Source: a bacterium (GTDB lineage: Bacteria; SZUA-182; DTGQ01; JAFGSM01). Taken from it: DNA of 38,639 nt. The notes under the pieces were generated by a model. That model ran no database searches. It worked only from the letters and a program-made list of their open reading frames with translations, and was not told the origin of the DNA. The stretch's first letter is position 1. Each line of letters opens with the position of its first letter. Location: assembly GCA_049472355.1 (NCBI GenBank), contig JBLIRP010000013.1, positions 1 through 38,639 of the forward strand, in the 5' to 3' direction. This document shows positions 18,253 to 28,339 of the stretch, in pieces. Position numbers and translations under genes: made by a program.

Positions 18253-18669
18253 ATGAGCAGGGGCATCCTGGTATTCAAAGAGGGCGAACAAATCCTGGCG
18301 ATCGTCATACGCAGCGATTTCTCCAGGGAGGGGATCGAGTTCTTCACCCCCGCCGACTTCTCCCAGCAGATGGCCTACATGAAGCACAAGAAGGGAAAGA
18401 CCATCAAGGCCCACCGGCACAACCTGGTGAAGCGGGAGGTCCACTTCACCCAGGAGGTCCTGTTCATCAAGAGGGGAAGGCTCAAGGTGGACCTCTATTC
18501 CTCGTCCAAGGAATACATGGAGAGCGTCGTCCTGGGGCCGGGCGACATCATCCTGCTCGCCTCCGGCGGGCACGGGTTCGAGATCCTGGATGACCTGGAG
18601 ATGATCGAGGTGAAGCAGGGGCCCTATGCCGGAGACCAGGACAAATCGTACCTGGAGGCGGAGCCATGA
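18253..18669 (+). CDS. Small cupin-fold protein (perosamine-synthase-associated, WbuC-like)
   Basis: FFTP..FSQQ, AHRHN, TQEVL and GGHGF..EVKQGPY. Start set at ATG 18253 after gaggaaggga. Confidence 0.8.
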   Translation: MSRGILVFKEGEQILAIVIRSDFSREGIEFFTPADFSQQMAYMKHKKGKTIKAHRHNLVKREVHFTQEVLFIKRGRLKVDLYSSSKEYMESVVLGPGDIILLASGGHGFEILDDLEMIEVKQGPYAGDQDKSYLEAEP

Positions 18670-19844
18670 TACCGGTCAACGAGCCCCTCCTTGCCGGGCG
18701 GGAGCTGGAATACGTCACCCGGTGCATCCGGAGCGGGTGGATCTCCTCGGCAGGCGAATACATCGAGGAGTTCGAGCGGCAGTGGGCCGCATACTGCGGG
18801 GCACAATACGGCATCTCGGTGAGCAACGGGACCGCCGCCCTCCAGGTGGCAGTGGGGTGCATCGATCTCAAGCCGGGCGATGAGGTGATCATGCCCTCCT
18901 TCACCATCATCTCCTGCGCCCTGGCGGTGACCGCCTGCGGGGGGAAGCCGGTGCTCGTGGATTCCGACCCCCTCACCTGGACCATGGATGTCTCCCGCAT
19001 CGAGGAGCGGATCACCCCGCGGACGCGGGCGATCATGCCCGTGCACATCTACGGTCATCCCTGCGACATGGACCCCATCATGGAGCTTGCACGTAGATAT
19101 CGCCTGGCGGTCATCGAGGACGCGGCGGAGGCCCACGGCGCCGAGTACAAGGGGAAACGGGCAGGGAGCCTGGGGCACCTGGGCTGCTTCAGCTTCTATG
19201 CCAACAAGATCATCACCACCGGGGAGGGGGGTATGGTCCTCACCAACAGCAAACGGTACGCGGAAAGGGCGCGCTCCCTGCGCAACCTCTGCTTCCGAAA
19301 GGGGCGGCGTTTCCTTCACACCGAACTGGGCAACAACTTCCGCCTGACCAATCTGCAGGCGGCCATCGGCCTTGCCCAGATCGAGAGGATCAACGAACTG
19401 ATCGAAAAGAAACGATGGATGGGACGGCGCTACACCCACCTGCTCCAGGGAATCCCCGGTGTCATCCTCCCCATCGAGATGCCCTGGGCGCGGAATGTCT
19501 ACTGGATGTACGGGATCATGCTCGACCGGGAGGCGGACATGGACGCGGCTGAATGTGCACGGCGTCTTTACGGGTGCGGCGTGGACACACGTCCCTTCTT
19601 TCTGGGGATGCACGCGCAGCCGGTCTTTCATCGCATGGGGCTCTTCAAGGGGGAGCGGTATCCGGTGGCGGAAGCCCTGGCAGCGCGGGGGCTCTACCTC
19701 CCCTCCGGATTGACGATCACCGAGGACCAGATCGGCGCGGTGTGCGACGCAGTGCGCACGGTGTGCACGGGGGTGCGGACACGATCCGACCGTTCCTATC
19801 GCACCAGGGCTGCCGTCACTGCCCAGGGGGGCATCAATGTATAG
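18666..19844 (+). CDS. DegT/DnrJ/EryC1/StrS aminotransferase, GDP-perosamine synthase-like
   Basis: MIPVNEP, SGWISS, SNGTAAL, PVHIYGHP, IEDAAEAHG and FSFYANKIITTGEGG (PLP lysine). Confidence 0.88.
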   Translation: MIPVNEPLLAGRELEYVTRCIRSGWISSAGEYIEEFERQWAAYCGAQYGISVSNGTAALQVAVGCIDLKPGDEVIMPSFTIISCALAVTACGGKPVLVDSDPLTWTMDVSRIEERITPRTRAIMPVHIYGHPCDMDPIMELARRYRLAVIEDAAEAHGAEYKGKRAGSLGHLGCFSFYANKIITTGEGGMVLTNSKRYAERARSLRNLCFRKGRRFLHTELGNNFRLTNLQAAIGLAQIERINELIEKKRWMGRRYTHLLQGIPGVILPIEMPWARNVYWMYGIMLDREADMDAAECARRLYGCGVDTRPFFLGMHAQPVFHRMGLFKGERYPVAEALAARGLYLPSGLTITEDQIGAVCDAVRTVCTGVRTRSDRSYRTRAAVTAQGGINV

Positions 19845-19877
19845 GCGATTGCACCACATCAGTGAAGGGGTGACAGC

Positions 19878-21281
19878 ATGAGCATGAGACTCGGATTTTT
19901 CCTGCTCTTTACCGCCATCGCCTTCCTGCGGCCTCGCCTGACCCCCTACCTCATCATCCTGGCGGTGCCGTTCATGCCCAAGATACGCGGGGGCCTCGCC
20001 TCGACCACCTCCCTGGAGGAGGTGGTGATCCTGGCCTCCATTGCGGGGATGTTCTGCTACGCCATCTTCGGCCAGCACGTGTCCATCAGAAAGGATGGCG
20101 TGTTTGTGGCCTATCTGACCTTCATCTTCATCCTGACCTTTACCGGCCTCCTGCACTGGTTCGACTCCTCGTCGTCCCAGATGAGGGTGGATATCATCCA
20201 GTACATCAAGCTGCTGCTCCCCTTTCTGACCCTGATTGTCACGCGGTGGGCGATACAGGAGCGCAGCCAGGTCAACCGGCTCATGCACCTGTTCCTCGGG
20301 GTGTCGGTCATCCTTGCCGTGATGGGCCTGTTGCAGCACTACATGCTCTTCAATGTCCACGTCCTCTGCAACCGTTTTTACCCCCTGTGGGGCGACCCCT
20401 CGTACGGCGCCCGGTTTACCTATTTCCGCGAGGCAACCGCCACGTTCGACGGCCTGCACGTGTATTCAGGGATCTATTTCATGATATGCACGGTCATCGC
20501 GGCCCATTTCTATTTCTTCGGGTCCCGCAGAAAGCTGCTGCAGTCGTTCTATCTGATATGCACGGGTCTCAATCTGGTGGCTCTGACCATGACCTTCTCC
20601 CGGGCCGCCACCATATGCGTGAATGTGGGCCTTGCGGTGATTCTCCTGCAGGTGATCCTTTCGGTGGGAAAGGACAACCGGTACAGGGAGATCGCGCTGA
20701 TCGCGGTGCTCATAACGAGCATTGCCTTCATCTTCTTCCCCTATGTTGACAAGCATAGACTGGTCGAACGGTTTGAAGCCGATTCCGCCTCGGTGCTGGT
20801 AATGGAAAACAGGGGGTTCTGCTGGAAGGAGGCATTCAGGGTCTCCATGTACAATCCCATCGTGGGATACGGGTTCAGGAGCATGTCCGCGTCAATACAG
20901 TTCAGGGAGCCGCACAACGCCTACCTGCAGATCGTGCTGGTGGGCGGCCTGATCCTGTTCATCCCCTTCCTCCTGTTGATCTACAAGATCGGGAAGAAGC
21001 TGTGGGATGCCCGGCACGAGGTGCTGATCGGGTGGGGACTTCCGGTTTTCCTGAGCATGCTCGCCTTCGAGATGAGCAGCTTCAACCTGTTCACCTGGGA
21101 CCGGGGGAGGGTGAACTCCATGATCTGGGTCCTCTTTGGACTGGCCCTTTCCCTCCCCTTTCAGGGGGAACGGGATGCCGTGCGGGTGCAAAGCCGGGCC
21201 ACGGTGAGCGTGGGAATGGTCGATGAGGCGGCCTTCCCTGCGCCGGAACCGGTGCTCGCCTCAATGGGATACATCGATTGA
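19878..21281 (+). CDS. O-antigen ligase / Wzy polymerase family membrane protein
   Basis: Multiple transmembrane helices, plus TFSRAA, R..CWK, NPIVGYG and PHNAYLQ (Wzy_C signature). Confidence 0.82.
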   Translation: MSMRLGFFLLFTAIAFLRPRLTPYLIILAVPFMPKIRGGLASTTSLEEVVILASIAGMFCYAIFGQHVSIRKDGVFVAYLTFIFILTFTGLLHWFDSSSSQMRVDIIQYIKLLLPFLTLIVTRWAIQERSQVNRLMHLFLGVSVILAVMGLLQHYMLFNVHVLCNRFYPLWGDPSYGARFTYFREATATFDGLHVYSGIYFMICTVIAAHFYFFGSRRKLLQSFYLICTGLNLVALTMTFSRAATICVNVGLAVILLQVILSVGKDNRYREIALIAVLITSIAFIFFPYVDKHRLVERFEADSASVLVMENRGFCWKEAFRVSMYNPIVGYGFRSMSASIQFREPHNAYLQIVLVGGLILFIPFLLLIYKIGKKLWDARHEVLIGWGLPVFLSMLAFEMSSFNLFTWDRGRVNSMIWVLFGLALSLPFQGERDAVRVQSRATVSVGMVDEAAFPAPEPVLASMGYID

Positions 21282-21291
21282 CGGAGTGATC

Positions 21292-22419
21292 ATGCCTGCG
21301 ATTTCGGTCATCATACCGACATACAATCGACTGCCGCTGCTGCGGAGGGCGGTGGAATGCGTGCTCGACCAGACGTTCGACGACTGGGAGCTGCTGGTGG
21401 TTGACGATGCCTCAACCGACGGGACATCCGAATACCTGAGCCAATGCACCGACCCCAGGGTCCGCCCCCTTCGCAACCCGGCCAACCGGGGCGCCCAGGA
21501 GAGCAGGAACCTGGGCATCCGGCATGCGCGCGGGGAGTTCGTGTGCTTCCTCGACTCCGACGACCTGTGGGTGCCTGAAAAGCTCGCCCTCCAGATGGAC
21601 GCCATGAACAGGAGGGGCCGGAATGCCGGGGTGGTGTATTCCTACTGCGGCATCATGGAGTCCCAAACCGGCAGGCGGTACGACTGGCAGTCCCCGGACT
21701 GCGAGGGGGACATCTACGGCGACATCCTGGCGCGGCCCTTCATCGATTTCATCACCCCCATGATCCGGCGGGAGTGCCTCCACCTTATAGGACCGCTCGA
21801 CCCTAATGTCCCCTCCTACCAGGAGTGGGACACCTTCATCCGCATCGCGCGGAACTATATCTTTGTCCGGGTGCCGCACACCCTCGCCTACTACCGCCTG
21901 CACAACGGGGCCACCATATCGAAGGACCGGCGCCTGCACACCCTCGGCTACCTGTACGTGGTGAAAAAACACGAGCACGAGATCCTGAGGCGCTGCGGCA
22001 GACCGGCCCTTGCCTATCACTACCTGGTGTGCGCAAAGAATTACTGCAGGCTGCGTGATCCGATCCCCATGGCCCGCTGCCTGGGCCGCTGCCTGCAACT
22101 TTCTCCAAGCACCTGCCTAAAATATAGTTTCATGTGGAGTATGCATTGTGCTTCAAGTCCTTTGCGCCGGCGCCTGCGAGATAAGCCTCAAACGGTGCAT
22201 GAAGCGCCCGGTGAACATCCCCTCCCCCGGCGGTTCCACGATACGCCCGAAACGGGGTATAATGTACACAGCATGCACGCATTCCCCCGGCGCCCGGAAG
22301 GCACGCCGGAAACAGAGCAGGAAGCGCCCAGTGCGCATCACCCTCCCAGGGCCACTGTACAGACGCACACCGCCCCTGCTGCATGGTGGGTGCGGGGCCG
22401 CCATGGAGGGCCGCAGTGA
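21292..22419 (+). CDS. Glycosyltransferase family 2
   Basis: ISVIIPTYNR, VVDDASTDGT, SRNLGI and FLDSDDLWVPEKL. Start 21292 follows ggag. The Pro/His-rich C-terminal tail looks non-conserved. Confidence 0.9.
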   Translation: MPAISVIIPTYNRLPLLRRAVECVLDQTFDDWELLVVDDASTDGTSEYLSQCTDPRVRPLRNPANRGAQESRNLGIRHARGEFVCFLDSDDLWVPEKLALQMDAMNRRGRNAGVVYSYCGIMESQTGRRYDWQSPDCEGDIYGDILARPFIDFITPMIRRECLHLIGPLDPNVPSYQEWDTFIRIARNYIFVRVPHTLAYYRLHNGATISKDRRLHTLGYLYVVKKHEHEILRRCGRPALAYHYLVCAKNYCRLRDPIPMARCLGRCLQLSPSTCLKYSFMWSMHCASSPLRRRLRDKPQTVHEAPGEHPLPRRFHDTPETGYNVHSMHAFPRRPEGTPETEQEAPSAHHPPRATVQTHTAPAAWWVRGRHGGPQ

Positions 22420-23621
22420 TGCGCAAGCGAATCTGCTTCCTCCAGCCCCAGCCCTGGTTCGCCATCACCCCCATGCTGATGAGCATGGCCTCGCTTCTCG
22501 ACAAAGACGGATGGCAGGTGGATATCGTCTACCTGGATGACCGGTCCGGGGACATCGACACGGCCGGCCTGAGCGGGAATGTCTCCATACACAAGATACC
22601 GGGATATCACGGAGGAAATCCCGTGCGGCTCGCCCTTACCTTCCTCAGATTGCTCCCCCTCCTGTTGAGGATGGTCGCCGGCAAGGGGCACGAGTTTATC
22701 GTGGGCATCGACCCTCTGGGCCTGATCATCGCCACCTGCATCGGCCTGGCCTGCCGCATCCGGAGGGTCTATTGCTCCCTGGAGCTGTACTTCGGCCACG
22801 AGATGAAAAGGCTCGGCCTCCGGATCGGCAAGCGCCTGGAGCGGTGGTGCAGCAGGAGGGCGCGGTTCACCCTCACCCAGGACCAATGGAGGGCGGGGGC
22901 CCTTTCAAGGGAAAACGGGATCGACCCGGGCAGGATGCTCGTGCTGCCCAACACCACCACCGGCAGGGCAAGGCTCATGGAGAGTGACCTCCTGCACCGC
23001 AGGTTCGGCCTCGACCAGAACACCAGGATCATCCTGTATCCGTGCAGTCCCTTTGCCTTCGCCCAGATGGATGCATTGACCCGCATCGCGGACCTGCTCC
23101 CACCCGGGTATGTCATCGTGATCCACGTGGGGTGGTATCCCCCGCACCATATACGGGAACGGATGGGGTGGCGATCCAGCCGGAACGTGATCCATTCCTT
23201 CGATCCCTTCCCGTTCAACGAGCTTGAAAAGATGTATGCATCCGCTGCCGTCGGCGCGGCACTGTACATGAACACCGACAATCCCGGGGGAGGAAGGAAC
23301 CAGGACCTCATCGGCTACTCCTCCGGCAAGTTCAACCTGTTTCTCAAGTGCGGCAAGCCGGTCATCACCACGAACCAGGAGACCTTCAGGTCGATATTCG
23401 CCGCATACCCCTGCGGCGTGGCCATCGACCGCATGGAGGAGTTTCCCGGCGCGGTGGAGACCATATCGCGCCGCATGGAGGCGTATCGCTCGGAGGCGGT
23501 GCGCTGTTACAACGAAAGGCTGTGCTTTGAACCTTACTTCAGACACATGCTCGAGCGATTTGCACAGGTATCCGGGGGGAACGGATCGGGCGCCGTGCCC
23601 GGGGACCGGGCAGCGGGATAA
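22419..23621 (+). CDS. Glycosyltransferase, GT-B fold (GT4-like)
   Basis: Translationally coupled (TGATG). Motifs SLEL, VLPN and SSGKFNLFLKCGKPVI. Confidence 0.7.
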   Translation: MRKRICFLQPQPWFAITPMLMSMASLLDKDGWQVDIVYLDDRSGDIDTAGLSGNVSIHKIPGYHGGNPVRLALTFLRLLPLLLRMVAGKGHEFIVGIDPLGLIIATCIGLACRIRRVYCSLELYFGHEMKRLGLRIGKRLERWCSRRARFTLTQDQWRAGALSRENGIDPGRMLVLPNTTTGRARLMESDLLHRRFGLDQNTRIILYPCSPFAFAQMDALTRIADLLPPGYVIVIHVGWYPPHHIRERMGWRSSRNVIHSFDPFPFNELEKMYASAAVGAALYMNTDNPGGGRNQDLIGYSSGKFNLFLKCGKPVITTNQETFRSIFAAYPCGVAIDRMEEFPGAVETISRRMEAYRSEAVRCYNERLCFEPYFRHMLERFAQVSGGNGSGAVPGDRAAG

Positions 23622-23655
23622 TACCTCCGCTGCGGGCCTTGTGGCGTCCGCCCCC

Positions 23656-24696
23656 ATGACGCCGGTGTTTTGCGGCGTCATCCACCACCTGCGCGGTGAC
23701 GACGTGTACGCCTCCCGGGGAAACGGGATCTACATCAGCGAGGACCGGGGCGACACCTGGCGACACCTGGTGAGCATCCCCCTGCACCCTCTGCTCCGGC
23801 TGAAGTCCTGCACCCAGCTTACCCAGCGTCTCTTCCGGTGCGGGGTGCACCACATCGCCTGCTGTGCGGACCGGGTGCTGGTGGTGATCGCCTTTCACCG
23901 GATCTATCACTACGACCTTCGCCGCGACGCCCTGCATACCGCCGCGGACCTGGTGGGCTCCCGCCCCCTTTCCCTGTGCGCGGTGAACGACACCCTCCTC
24001 TTTTACGGGGAATACAGCGGCCGGCGGCGCGGGGGCCTTGGCCGCATCTTTATGAGCGACGACCGGGGAGTGACCTGGGAGCCGGTCTACCGGTTCACCG
24101 GGGTCCGCCACATCCACGGGGTGTACCACGACCCGTATACGGACGCGGTCTGGGTCACCACCGGCGACGCGGACGGGGAATCGGGGATCTGGGTGACCGA
24201 TGACCGGTTCCGTTCGGTCCGAAGGGTCATCGGTGGCAGCCAGCAGGCCCGGGCGGTCCAATTGCTCTTCACCGAGCATCACGTCTACTTCGGCTCGGAC
24301 GCCCCCCGGCAGAAAAACCACCTCTACCGCATCTCCCGCCGTGATCCCGTCCCGGAGATGCTCCGGGAGGTGGACGGCCCGGTGTTTTACGGGTGCAGGG
24401 CAGGGGGCGGCCTGTTTTTCTCCACCGTGGTGGAGCCGGGCAAGGAAGACAGGGAAGGGTCCGCCTGCGTGTGGGCGTCCGTGGACGGCGAGCGCTGGGA
24501 ACGCCTGGCCCGCTTCCCCAAGGACCGGTGGCACATGAGGCTTTTCCAGTACGGCCAGGTGCTCTTCCCGAGTGGAGACAACACCACCGATCACCTCTTC
24601 CTCACCCCGTTTGCCACCGACCGCTCCATGACCGGTCTGCGGCTCGATCTCAAGGAGGTATTTCATCGTGGGATGCAGCGTCACGGCAATGCCTGA
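23656..24696 (+). CDS. BNR/Asp-box beta-propeller protein (sialidase-like repeats)
   Basis: Asp-boxes YISEDRGDTW, FMSDDRGVTW, WVTDDRFRS and WASVDGERW. Also FYGEY and RHIHGVYHDPY..WVTTGD. Start uncertain. Confidence 0.75.
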   Translation: MTPVFCGVIHHLRGDDVYASRGNGIYISEDRGDTWRHLVSIPLHPLLRLKSCTQLTQRLFRCGVHHIACCADRVLVVIAFHRIYHYDLRRDALHTAADLVGSRPLSLCAVNDTLLFYGEYSGRRRGGLGRIFMSDDRGVTWEPVYRFTGVRHIHGVYHDPYTDAVWVTTGDADGESGIWVTDDRFRSVRRVIGGSQQARAVQLLFTEHHVYFGSDAPRQKNHLYRISRRDPVPEMLREVDGPVFYGCRAGGGLFFSTVVEPGKEDREGSACVWASVDGERWERLARFPKDRWHMRLFQYGQVLFPSGDNTTDHLFLTPFATDRSMTGLRLDLKEVFHRGMQRHGNA

Positions 24697-25516
24697 GGGG
24701 CTCCATATTCCCTCCTCCCCCCGGGGGATGGACAGGGAGGAGATCTCCCGGTACATCGCCAACATCGAGCAGGAGATCGGCCTGGGCCTGTTCACCCCGC
24801 AGGAGATCTCCCTCATCCGGGCGGCCCTGTACGGCCGGTTCCTGGACCTGCGGATGCGCCCCTTCTTCCTCTACCACTTCCTCCCCCTGTGGGAGCGGGC
24901 AATAGAGGTCATCTTCCGGGACAATCCCCATCCCCGTGTCATCGAGCTGGGGTGCGGCACCGGCACCTCCTCCCTGCTTTTTTCCCTGCTGGGCGCGGAG
25001 GTGATCGGCGTGGACCTGGATGCGGACCTGGTCGCGCTGTGTAACAAGCGCGCCGCGTTCTATCGGAATCAGGGCTGCGCCGTCAATGCCCGGTTTTACA
25101 GCGGCGACAGCCTCGCCTTCGACTTCGGTGCCCACGCCCCGGTCGACGCCGTGTTCTCCCTGTTTGCCTTCAACCTGATGAAGCCCTGCGACGAGTTGCT
25201 CGGCAAAATGGTCCCTGCATTGAAACCGTCCGGAAAAATCGTCATAATCGATGGGAATGCAGGCAACCTCTACGCCCGCCTGGTCCCCTCCCGGAGACGG
25301 CCGGGGGTGCTCACCCCGTTCAGGATGCAGGAGGCGCTGGAGGCGCTGGGGTGCGCGGTGCTGCACATGGAGACCCATTGCTGCCTGCCCCCCTTTCTGG
25401 TCAACCATTCCATCGCAGGGAGGATCGCCGTGGGAATCGAGCAGCGTATCAAGGACATGAATATTTACCGACATCTCGGTGTTTCGTACACCGTGGTGGG
25501 GGAGCGGGTGCAATGA
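24689..25516 (+). CDS. Class I SAM-dependent methyltransferase
   Basis: VIELGCGTG, GVDLD and LKPSGKIVI. Overlaps both neighbouring genes. Confidence 0.82.
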   Translation: MPEGLHIPSSPRGMDREEISRYIANIEQEIGLGLFTPQEISLIRAALYGRFLDLRMRPFFLYHFLPLWERAIEVIFRDNPHPRVIELGCGTGTSSLLFSLLGAEVIGVDLDADLVALCNKRAAFYRNQGCAVNARFYSGDSLAFDFGAHAPVDAVFSLFAFNLMKPCDELLGKMVPALKPSGKIVIIDGNAGNLYARLVPSRRRPGVLTPFRMQEALEALGCAVLHMETHCCLPPFLVNHSIAGRIAVGIEQRIKDMNIYRHLGVSYTVVGERVQ

Positions 25517-26661
25517 CCGGGGGGGTGATCCTGCACGTGGTGGGCGCCCGGCCCAACTTCATGAAGGTGGCGCCCGTGGTGCGGGCGCTGCAGTCCCGTG
25601 CCGGCATCAGCCAGGTGATCGTGCATACCGGCCAGCATTACGACGCGAACATGTCGGAGGTGTTCTTCCGCCAGTTGGACATCCCCAAGCCGGACATCAA
25701 CCTGGAGGTGGGCTCGGGCTCCCACGCCCTGCAGACCGCCCAGATCATGAGCCGGTTCGAGCCGGTGGTGCTGGGGCAGAAGCCCGGACTGGTGCTCGTG
25801 TACGGCGACGTGAACTCCACCGTGGCTACGGCCCTGGTGTGCTCCAAGCTCCTGATCCCGGTGGGGCACGTGGAGGCGGGGCTGCGCTCCTTCGACCGCA
25901 CCATGCCCGAGGAGATCAACCGCCTGCTCACCGACCAGGTGGCGGACCTCCTGTTCACCCCGTCCGCGGACGGGGACGAGAACCTGGCCCGGGAGGGGGT
26001 GTCCCCGGACAAGGTCCACCTGGTGGGAAACGTGATGATCGACACCCTGGTGCACCTTCTGCCCAAGGCGGATGACTCCTTCCTGGAGGGGTTGTATGGG
26101 AACGACTCGGGAACACCCCGCAGATCGGAGGGCACAAAGGGCGAACATGCACAAAATCGGGGATATATGCTGGTGACCCTCCATCGTCCGTCCAATGTCG
26201 ATGACCCTGAAATGCTCGGGGAGATCATATTTACGCTCAAATCGATCAGCAGGGAACTCGATGTCATATTTCCCATCCATCCGCGCACCCGGGCGCGGCT
26301 CAGGGCCTTGAAAATCCCGGTGGAGGACCCGCGCCTCAAGCTTACGGAGCCGGTGGGATATCTGCAATTCATCGCGTTGCAGCAAAAGGCCGCCGTTATC
26401 GTGACGGATTCGGGAGGGATACAGGAAGAGGCCACCTATCTGGGAATACCCTGCCTTACCCTGCGTGAGAATACGGAACGGCCCATCACCATCACCGCCG
26501 GCACCAACATCCTCGTGGGAAGGGATATGGGAAGGCTCAGGAAAGAGGTGGACCGGATCCTCTCGGGTGAGGTGAAAAAGGGGGGTATCCCTCCCCTGTG
26601 GGATGGGAAGGCGAGCGAGCGCATTGCAGCGATCGTAGATGACCGGCTATCCAAATCCTGA
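25513..26661 (+). CDS. wecB: UDP-N-acetylglucosamine 2-epimerase (non-hydrolysing)
   Basis: VGARPNFMK, HTGQHYD, GDVNST, HVEAGLRS, PEEINR, TLHRPSNVD, TDSGGIQEE, TERP and WDGKASERI. Confidence 0.93.
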   Translation: MTGGVILHVVGARPNFMKVAPVVRALQSRAGISQVIVHTGQHYDANMSEVFFRQLDIPKPDINLEVGSGSHALQTAQIMSRFEPVVLGQKPGLVLVYGDVNSTVATALVCSKLLIPVGHVEAGLRSFDRTMPEEINRLLTDQVADLLFTPSADGDENLAREGVSPDKVHLVGNVMIDTLVHLLPKADDSFLEGLYGNDSGTPRRSEGTKGEHAQNRGYMLVTLHRPSNVDDPEMLGEIIFTLKSISRELDVIFPIHPRTRARLRALKIPVEDPRLKLTEPVGYLQFIALQQKAAVIVTDSGGIQEEATYLGIPCLTLRENTERPITITAGTNILVGRDMGRLRKEVDRILSGEVKKGGIPPLWDGKASERIAAIVDDRLSKS

Positions 26662-26844
26662 AATGGTATCCGGCAACAAAGCCATAAGGCCTTTAATTGT
26701 CGAGGAAGTTGATAAGACAATTCCAATATTTTTTATTCTTTTTATGAAAAGCTCGTCAAATAATATTTGCATTAAAACACGTCTTGCCGTCTTGTAAATT
26801 AAAAAATGGGTTTGTCAGGATAGACCGGATAAATAAATGTCTTT

Positions 26845-28338
26845 TTACAATTTATAAATAGCATGTTCCTTATAGGGAAACGGAAGGGATATTGTCTGGA
26901 TGAGATTTTTCGTCAACTCAGGTATCTTGAATGTTCCCATAGGGCATAAGAACCAGCGGCAATTCGTATTTTCAATCATGCGCGTATACTGGTCAGGAGA
27001 ATAATCATCACGTACGAATAGAACGAGACGGGGCATTAAGGCATGCCCCGTCAGCAAATACTTGTCGCCTTCCAGTACCATGACACTGTCCGATAAAGGA
27101 ATCACCTCACGCGCCGTCTTTTGTATTTCCCTCGCCACCAAACCCTCTGCTTCACCGCTCTTCTTTAATTGAACAGCCTGCAGGAAAAACACGATCGCTA
27201 CGGCAATCAAGGCGATCATGCCGATAATCCGTGTAACCCGCTTCCGCCTCAAAAAATCATACCGGTGAACAAGGCTGAACAAGGCAACCAGGATAGCCGG
27301 CCAGGCCATCAATTGATAGCGGAACTGGTTTTGAAAAACGACGATCGAGGCGAGAAATATGGCTGTAAAAATCGCCGCCGCCATGGTGGCCTTTTCCGTC
27401 ACCCTTTTTCGCACAGCGAGAATCACTGCAATCAACAACGACACATTGAAAGGGAAATAGAATAGAATGAAATCCTTAACACCCCTGCCGGTAATCTGTA
27501 TTTTGAGTGAATGAATTACCTTGGTCAGAAAATCGGTTGCTGAAAAGGTGATTTTTTCCAAAACAAAAAAGGGGTCCATATTGCCTGGATATCTTTTGGT
27601 GCCCGACATGAGGATATCCGTAAGAGACCTGTCGACATTGGGCACCAGAAACACCTTGGATGAGATGATGAAAAGTCCTATGCACACACACATCGCCGCG
27701 GCGATCAGCACGTTTTCAGCATTACGTTGATCGGCATGTGCCAGAAAGGCCAGGGGAACAATCGGGCAGAGGAGGATAAAGCTTTTTCTGGACAGCAACA
27801 ACAAACACGCGGTTATGGTTAATAGCGCAAACCACTTACAGGAAGGTTTTTGGGTGACATAGATATACACGGCGATACCTACTCCCAAGGCTATAACAGG
27901 TTCGGACAGGGGTTGAGCGGTGTTCCAGAATGTGACCGGCAGAAGAAGGTAGGATAATCCGGCATACACACCCATATCGATATCCGCAGTGGATCGTTTT
28001 ACGGCAAGACAGATCAATAGGGCGGTCAAAAGACTGCACAATACATTGGTGATGATCCATCCCTTATAGGGGTCCGTGAGCAACGCCGCCGGCAAAACGG
28101 CATACACAGGCAGGATATTGTGCACGAATGGTCTGGGAAGAGGCACGGGTTTTTTATACACGGAAACCGGATATACATTGTTGGAAACCGGCCCGTTTCC
28201 CTCCACGAGGGAGGCAACGTGGTCCACATACCAGTATTGATCGGAGCCTCTGACGCCCCCGGAGGCCCCATAGACGGTGAAAAATATGAATAACAGAACC
28301 CAGATTACTCCAACCGCTGCCACACAACGTGCAGGCAT
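26845..28338 (-). CDS. Polytopic membrane protein, putative GT-C (ArnT/PMT/GtrC-like) glycosyltransferase
   Basis: About 500 aa. First TM helix is followed by GSDQYWY (acidic loop), then many TM helices, QFRY and a soluble C-terminal domain. It lies directly downstream of the GtrB-like gene. Start 28338 or 28380. Confidence 0.65.
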   Translation of the reverse strand: MPARCVAAVGVIWVLLFIFFTVYGASGGVRGSDQYWYVDHVASLVEGNGPVSNNVYPVSVYKKPVPLPRPFVHNILPVYAVLPAALLTDPYKGWIITNVLCSLLTALLICLAVKRSTADIDMGVYAGLSYLLLPVTFWNTAQPLSEPVIALGVGIAVYIYVTQKPSCKWFALLTITACLLLLSRKSFILLCPIVPLAFLAHADQRNAENVLIAAAMCVCIGLFIISSKVFLVPNVDRSLTDILMSGTKRYPGNMDPFFVLEKITFSATDFLTKVIHSLKIQITGRGVKDFILFYFPFNVSLLIAVILAVRKRVTEKATMAAAIFTAIFLASIVVFQNQFRYQLMAWPAILVALFSLVHRYDFLRRKRVTRIIGMIALIAVAIVFFLQAVQLKKSGEAEGLVAREIQKTAREVIPLSDSVMVLEGDKYLLTGHALMPRLVLFVRDDYSPDQYTRMIENTNCRWFLCPMGTFKIPELTKNLIQTISLPFPYKEHAIYKL

Positions 28339-28339
28339 A

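Noticed and set aside
18624..20459. 611-aa minus-strand ORF
   Set aside because: It is antisense to the aminotransferase and Wzy/ligase genes. Long stop-free antisense frames are expected in high-GC3 coding DNA.
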